Shown: positions 58,747-64,000 of the stretch, piece after piece
How the letters are laid out: every line of letters starts with the position of its first letter
Position numbering within the stretch: position 1 is the stretch's first letter
DNA from: an uncultured Candidatus Entotheonella sp.
GTDB taxonomy: Bacteria; Tectomicrobia; Entotheonellia; Entotheonellales; Entotheonellaceae
Reading direction: 5' to 3'
DNA: 64,000 nt
Assembly (NCBI GenBank): GCA_965217185.1
Contig: OZ244252.1
Location: 3,776,001 to 3,840,000 of the forward strand
The notes under the pieces: model-generated
What the model was told of the DNA's origin: nothing
Seen by the model: the letters and a program-made list of their open reading frames with translations, nothing else
Databases searched by the model: none
Position numbers and translations under genes: made by a program

Positions 58747-59310
58747 TTAGCTGACACGGGACACGTACCGGCCATCCGTCGTGTCCACACGCACCACGTC
58801 GCCGTCCTTGACGAACTGCGGCACCTGTACCACCAGGCCGGTTTCCAGGGTGGCGGGTTTCATGGACGCGCTGGCCGTGGCGCCGCGCAGGGCGGGTTCG
58901 GTGGTGCTGACGGTCAGATCCACCGTGGTCGGCAGGGTGACGCCGATGACGTTGCCATCGAAAACGTCGACGGTCGTCCGCGTGTTGGGCAGCAGGTAAG
59001 GTAGACTATTTTCCAGCAAATCCTTGTGCACGTTGATCTGCTCGTAGGTCTCGGGGTGCATGAACACGTACTCGTCGCCGTCGGCGTAGAGATACTCCAT
59101 TTCCTGCGACTCGACGGTCACCCGTTCCACCCGATCAGTAGTGCGCAGCCGTTTTTCCACCTTGCTGCCGGTGGCGAGGCTGCGCATCGTCGTCTGCATG
59201 GCCCCGCGCACGTTGCCGGGCGCCACGTGATGCGTCTTCATGACGCGAAACAGGGCGCCGTCGATCTGCAGAATCATCCCCGATCGCACCTGGGTTACCG
59301 AAATCAACAT
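58747..59310 (-). CDS. efp: Elongation factor P
   Basis: YLYADG, TYEQ, KPATLETG, VPQFV, YVSR; loop PGNVRG. Confidence 0.93.
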   Translation of the reverse strand: MLISVTQVRSGMILQIDGALFRVMKTHHVAPGNVRGAMQTTMRSLATGSKVEKRLRTTDRVERVTVESQEMEYLYADGDEYVFMHPETYEQINVHKDLLENSLPYLLPNTRTTVDVFDGNVIGVTLPTTVDLTVSTTEPALRGATASASMKPATLETGLVVQVPQFVKDGDVVRVDTTDGRYVSRVS

Positions 59311-59326
59311 CGTTGCAAAGCTCCTC

Positions 59327-60151
59327 TCAATACCACCCTCGGTTCATGACGAGTTCCCTGAACTCGGCTCTGTCCATCGCCTGCACGCGGTCGATCCGTT
59401 CGACATCGGCACCGTTGACGATGAAGAAAAAGAACTCCTCGTTGATGCAGCCGGCCGGACAGTCGCCCCACGTATGCCGAGCGACCACATACCAACGCCC
59501 CTCCGACTTCACCGCGTCGATATCGGAGCCGCCTCCCAGATAGGCATTGGGCTCCGCGAATTCGATGCCTTCCATCGTTTCGTACGCCGTGGCCGCGGCG
59601 GGGACGTTCAGGTACTCATTGAAGTAGAAAATGATGGTTCCGGAACGCGGGAAGAGTTCTACGACGACAGATAAACCGAGCCTTTCGTTGAGCGCATCGA
59701 ATTCCACGTGCCCGGTGCGTAACACGACAGGCCCGGTTTGGTCGTCAAGAAGCGAGGAGACGGCCTCGAACAACCACGGCTCCAGTGTGAGAAGAAGCTC
59801 CCCGAACGCATAGGGCGACCGTACGTTGATGTCCGCCACCGCCGGATACGCGTCTCGAATCCGGGAGAGAACCGGAGCAATCTCACGGGCCAGTTCACGC
59901 CGTTCTGCCGCGTCCAACAGCAAGCTGTCGTCTTCTCTTCGCAGGATTCGGTCGGCCAGGACGGCGGCTTCGGTCAGCGTGGGCGGTTGCCAAGTGTCTG
60001 AGGGCACGACAACCGGCGCTCCCGGGTTGATCGAATCTGAGCACCCTGCCAACGCCAGGACGCAGCACGCTGCGAGCCGAACGACCATCACCGCGATGTT
60101 GTTTTTGAAATCGTGTCGGACAGTCACGCCGGATACTTCCCCACGTTCCAT
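59327..60151 (-). CDS. Hypothetical lipoprotein
   Basis: Lipobox LAGC; WGDCPAGC motif; true start probably further downstream. Confidence 0.6.
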   Translation of the reverse strand: MERGEVSGVTVRHDFKNNIAVMVVRLAACCVLALAGCSDSINPGAPVVVPSDTWQPPTLTEAAVLADRILRREDDSLLLDAAERRELAREIAPVLSRIRDAYPAVADINVRSPYAFGELLLTLEPWLFEAVSSLLDDQTGPVVLRTGHVEFDALNERLGLSVVVELFPRSGTIIFYFNEYLNVPAAATAYETMEGIEFAEPNAYLGGGSDIDAVKSEGRWYVVARHTWGDCPAGCINEEFFFFIVNGADVERIDRVQAMDRAEFRELVMNRGWY

Positions 60152-60192
60152 AGTCGTATTCTACCGCAGGCTGGCGGAATGCAGGCCTGCCG

Positions 60193-61206
60193 TTAATCGT
60201 CAGTGAGCCGAACGAGCATTTTGCCCATGTTGTCGCCGGTAAACAGGCCGATGAACGCCTTGGGGGTGTTTTCCAGGCCATCGACGATGGTCTCTTCCCA
60301 CTTGAGTTTGCCGGCTTGTATCCAGGCGGTCATGTCGGCGTGGAATTGGGGCTGGCGGTCGGGGTGGTCGGAGACGATGAAGCCCTGCAGGGTGAGGCGC
60401 TTGCGAACGGCGTGGGTCAGGTTGCTGGGGCCAGGGGCAACTTGGTTGTATTGCGAGATCATGCCACACAGAGCGAGGCGGCCGAAGGGGTTCATGTGTT
60501 CCAGCGCCGCTTCCAGGTGGGCGCCGCCGACGTTTTCAAAGTAGACGTCGATACCGTCCGGGCACAGGCGGCCGACTTCTTCAACCAGGGAGGCCGCTTC
60601 TTTGTAGTTCAAGGCTTCGTCGACGCCGGCGACGTCCTGCAGCCACTGCACCTTGGCTGCCGAGCCGGCGCTGCCCACCACGCGGCAGCCTTTGATCTTG
60701 GCGATTTGGCATACCACCATGCCGACGGCACCGGCAGCGCCCGACACGAACACCGTTTCGCCTTCGCGCGGCTTGCCGATGTCGAGCAGCCCGACGTAGG
60801 CCGTCAGGCCCGGCATGCCCATGGTGCCGAGGTAGGCTTGCAGCGGTACGCCTTGCGGCTCGACCTTGGTCAGGTCGCCGCCGTTGGAAACGTAACACTC
60901 GCGCCAGCCGGAGCGGCTTGAGACGTAGTCGCCCTCCCGAAAATCCGCGTTCCCCCGCGACGCAATGACCTGCCCGACGCAGCCGCCCTCAAGCACTTGA
61001 CCGATCTGAAACGGCGGCACGTAGCTGGGACGGTCGTACATGCGGCCGCGCATGTACGGATCGACGGACAAGTAATGGTTGCGCACCAGAACTTCGCCAG
61101 CCGCCGGTTCGGAAAGTGTCACTTCGACGAGGGCAAAGTCTTCCTCGCTCGGCAGGCCGACAGGGCGGCGTTGGAGATGGATTTCGCGGCTACGGGTGGC
61201 GGTCAT
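60193..61206 (-). CDS. NADP-dependent alkenal/prostaglandin reductase family (MDR)
   Basis: SVDPYMRGRM, GMPGLTAY.GL, SGAAGAVG, YFENVGG. Confidence 0.92.
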   Translation of the reverse strand: MTATRSREIHLQRRPVGLPSEEDFALVEVTLSEPAAGEVLVRNHYLSVDPYMRGRMYDRPSYVPPFQIGQVLEGGCVGQVIASRGNADFREGDYVSSRSGWRECYVSNGGDLTKVEPQGVPLQAYLGTMGMPGLTAYVGLLDIGKPREGETVFVSGAAGAVGMVVCQIAKIKGCRVVGSAGSAAKVQWLQDVAGVDEALNYKEAASLVEEVGRLCPDGIDVYFENVGGAHLEAALEHMNPFGRLALCGMISQYNQVAPGPSNLTHAVRKRLTLQGFIVSDHPDRQPQFHADMTAWIQAGKLKWEETIVDGLENTPKAFIGLFTGDNMGKMLVRLTDD

Positions 61207-61619
61207 TGGGTCACTCCTCGGTAGGTAGTCCGGTTGCGAAATGGTGTGTGTTGAACGGCTTGGTTCACCTTGGCAAGATGCGGAATCTTACGTGACATGC
61301 AAGCGGCTCACAAGGCCGTTAAACGGTGCTTCTGTAGGCTGATTTTAGGATTTGCAGCAGGCATGTTAACGCGCTATAGTATGCCCCGTTCAACGATGAT
61401 CTGCTTCGAAACCCTCCTGCACATTGTCGGTTGCTGTCCGAGTTGCCTGCTGGCCTCGACGCTCATGCGCTATTTTTAGGTAACGCCCGCGAGCTAGGGT
61501 CTGCGATGCAGGTACAAAGTTGATAACATTTCTCACAATCAAGCGGTGCCATGCAAGGGCAAGACACACCGGCGGCTCGCAATTGAGCAGAGGTTCCGTC
61601 GGAATGGAGACTTGAGGCT

Positions 61620-63833
61620 ATGAGACGTTACCGAGTCAACAACGCACAAGAGCAGGCGGCAAAACGCCGTTCCCTGGCTCTGGTGTTCCTTGTGGGTCTG
61701 TTGCTGCTCGGCGTCTGTGCCGAAATGGTCCAGGCGGTGGAAGTGCCGCTGCCGACCAAGGAAGACATGGTTTACGGTGACTTCCCGGTCGTCGGTCGCC
61801 GCGTCGCGGTTTGGGTGATCGCGCAGTTGCACCTGATGTTCGGCGCCTTCGTGGTTGGTGTGCCGCTGTTCATCTTAATCATTGAAGTCCTGGGCGCCGC
61901 AACGAAGAACCAGCAGTACGACGACTTGGCGCACGAATTCACCCGCCTCCTCAGTGTTGCCTTTTCCACCACCGCCATCTTCGGCGGCATCTTGGTGTTC
62001 TTCCTGATCGGCCTCTATCCCACCTTCATGAATTTCCTGGTCAGTATTTTCTTCCCCTCCATGGTGGTCTATGTCTTCCTGTTCTTCGGCGAAAGCTTCA
62101 GCATGTACCTCTACTACTTCGGCTGGGACAGCCTGAAGGGCACGACGCGCAGCGTCGGGGCGGTGATCGGCACGTCGGCCGTGAGTGTGTTGGTTCTGTA
62201 CCCGGGGCTGTTGTTACTGCTGGCGCTGCCGTCCCTGTTCATGGGCGGCGGCTGGGCGGTGAGCTTCCCGGTGTCGTACGGACTGGCCGGAGTGCTGTTC
62301 GTCGCGCTGCTGGCGCACGGGCTGCGACCGGGCAAGAGCAGCTTTGTCCATAGCCGCAAATGGATGCATATCTGCTTCGGTATTCTGTTGAACTACTTCG
62401 GTCTGACTCTGATGATGATCTCCAACTCGTGGGCGACGTTCATGACGTCGCCGTCGGGGGTCAATCTGGACGCCGGGGTGTTCCAGGGCACGACCTGGGA
62501 CGCGATGCGCAACTTCACGTGGATGCCGGTCAACCTGCACCGCTTCATTGCCAACATTGCCTTTGGCGGTTCGGTCGTGGCGGCCTATGCGGCGTTTCGT
62601 TTCCTGTCGGCGGCGCGCAATTCCCCCGAGCGGGCGCACTACGACTGGATGGGCTACATCGGCAATTTTATCGCCCTGATCGGGCTGATTCCGTTGCCCT
62701 TCGCGGGCTACTGGCTGGGCCGCGAAATTTATGGCTACGACCAGCAGCTCGGCATCACCATGATGGGCGGCATCTTCTCCTGGCTGTTCATCCTGCAGGC
62801 GGTGCTGATCGGCGCTTTGTTCCTGGGCGCTAACTACTACCTGTGGCTGGGCATGGAGCGCATCCCGGGGTCGGAGCGTTACCGTAAGTTCACGCCCGTC
62901 ATGCTCGGCGTGCTGACGGTGTGCTTCCTCGTATGGCTGACACCGCACAGCCTTGTGGCGAGTCTGGAAGAGGCCCGCAAGATGGGCGGCGCGCACCACC
63001 CGATGCTCGGCGTTTTCGGGGTCATGTCGGCCAAGAACACCGTCGTCAACCTGATGATCCTCACTACCTTCCTGAGCTTCCTGCTGTATCGCCGCGGCAA
63101 CAAAGGCGATCGGGTGCCCTTTGCCCAGCAAAGCAATGCGTCGAAAGTCACCCTCATGATCATTGCGGCCTTGGGAATCGTCCTCATGTGGCAGCTCAAT
63201 GCGCCGCTGGCCGATCCGGCCCAGATGACCGGGCGCTTGGTGCTATGGGCGTTCGAGGCCCTCACGGTGGTCGTTGCGGTGGCCCTCGTCCTGAACGACC
63301 GCGGCACCCTGGGGCAGGCGTTGCTCTTTGCCATGTCGGCGGTGGTGGTGGTGTTCTACGGGATTTACGGGTACTACGTTGAAGCCATCGTGCGCATCGG
63401 TTTTTCCATTCTGCAGGTGTCCTCGGTATTGCTGGTGCTGCTTGTGGCTACGACCATCGACATCGTGATCTTCCGCGGTGCGCCGCTGGTCGGCGAAATC
63501 CGTTGGGGCCGGATTCCGGAGCGGGCGCAGTACGTCCTGTTTGTGCTGGCCACGTCCTTCACCTGGCTCATGGGCCTGATGGGCTACGCGCGTTCGGGCC
63601 TGCGCACGCACTGGCATATCTTCAACGTGATGCGGGACTATTCGTCGGATGCCTTTACCCCGACGTTGGGTTATGCCTGCGGGGTGATTTCGATCATCGT
63701 GATGGTGTTTCTGCTCTTGGTGAGTTTCATTTTCTGGCTGGCCCATATGGGCTCGGTGGGACACGCGCAGGAGGAAGCGGTGCTACACGGGGGCGCGTCC
63801 CCGGTTCTGCAACCCGGCGGCGGCGCAGACTAG
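61620..63833 (+). CDS. Cytochrome bd-like oxidase subunit I (Nitrospira/Nitrospina-type)
   Basis: QLHLMFGAFVVG.P, FFGES, KWMH, NLHRFIAN, MGYARS..R; many TM segments. Confidence 0.75.
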   Translation: MRRYRVNNAQEQAAKRRSLALVFLVGLLLLGVCAEMVQAVEVPLPTKEDMVYGDFPVVGRRVAVWVIAQLHLMFGAFVVGVPLFILIIEVLGAATKNQQYDDLAHEFTRLLSVAFSTTAIFGGILVFFLIGLYPTFMNFLVSIFFPSMVVYVFLFFGESFSMYLYYFGWDSLKGTTRSVGAVIGTSAVSVLVLYPGLLLLLALPSLFMGGGWAVSFPVSYGLAGVLFVALLAHGLRPGKSSFVHSRKWMHICFGILLNYFGLTLMMISNSWATFMTSPSGVNLDAGVFQGTTWDAMRNFTWMPVNLHRFIANIAFGGSVVAAYAAFRFLSAARNSPERAHYDWMGYIGNFIALIGLIPLPFAGYWLGREIYGYDQQLGITMMGGIFSWLFILQAVLIGALFLGANYYLWLGMERIPGSERYRKFTPVMLGVLTVCFLVWLTPHSLVASLEEARKMGGAHHPMLGVFGVMSAKNTVVNLMILTTFLSFLLYRRGNKGDRVPFAQQSNASKVTLMIIAALGIVLMWQLNAPLADPAQMTGRLVLWAFEALTVVVAVALVLNDRGTLGQALLFAMSAVVVVFYGIYGYYVEAIVRIGFSILQVSSVLLVLLVATTIDIVIFRGAPLVGEIRWGRIPERAQYVLFVLATSFTWLMGLMGYARSGLRTHWHIFNVMRDYSSDAFTPTLGYACGVISIIVMVFLLLVSFIFWLAHMGSVGHAQEEAVLHGGASPVLQPGGGAD

Positions 63834-63845
63834 GAAAGCGGCGAC

Positions 63846-64000
63846 ATGTTGACATTTCTGAAGGTTTTGGCGTTTAACGGCTTGGTCATCCTGTTCTTCT
63901 GGTACGTCGGCAACAGCATCCCGCAGCAGCGGAAAGACCCGCCCAAGGAGTCCGACCTGACGGCGGACATGGCGCCTGAGGCGTTCGTGGCGGCCGGGCA
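63846..64000 (+). CDS. Membrane-anchored protein, probably cytochrome c (partial)
   Basis: MLTFLKVLAF..FFWYVGNSIPQ..PP; runs off the window, no CxxCH visible yet. Confidence 0.5.
   Translation, partial: MLTFLKVLAFNGLVILFFWYVGNSIPQQRKDPPKESDLTADMAPEAFVAAG

Overview
GC-rich bacterial chromosome segment. The gene content (Nitrospina/Nitrospira-type bd-like oxidase, UGSC selenoprotein, many TA/RM relics) suggests an uncultured lineage such as Tectomicrobia/Entotheonella, but this is inference only. The backbone carries long-form ispG, a tungsten AOR operon, a ThDP enzyme, PPi-PFK, an SDR, acpS, peptide-ABC genes, NfeD-SPFH, msrB, NAD-linked FDH plus mobA, efp and a bd-like oxidase. Several accessory inserts interrupt it: IS701 plus a split McrB-McrC; a low-GC three-gene operon (multi-TM protein, AdoMetDC-like pyruvoyl enzyme, DUF3326-like protein); a 12 kb type I RM locus packed with TA cassettes, a shattered fic gene, an ART-like gene pair, an IS and a duplicated hsdM 3' end; and a type II RM pair. 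Best candidates for undescribed biology: (1) the TM/AdoMetDC-like/DUF3326 island at 12653-15857; (2) a UGA-recoded UGSC selenoprotein with a SECIS-like hairpin that the ORF track splits in two (16724-17248); (3) the ART-like two-gene module inside the type I RM locus. GTAG-type REP palindromes are present, one sitting in-frame in hsdR. No CRISPR, tRNA or rRNA was seen. Family calls come from motif recognition, not searches, and GC statements are by eye.
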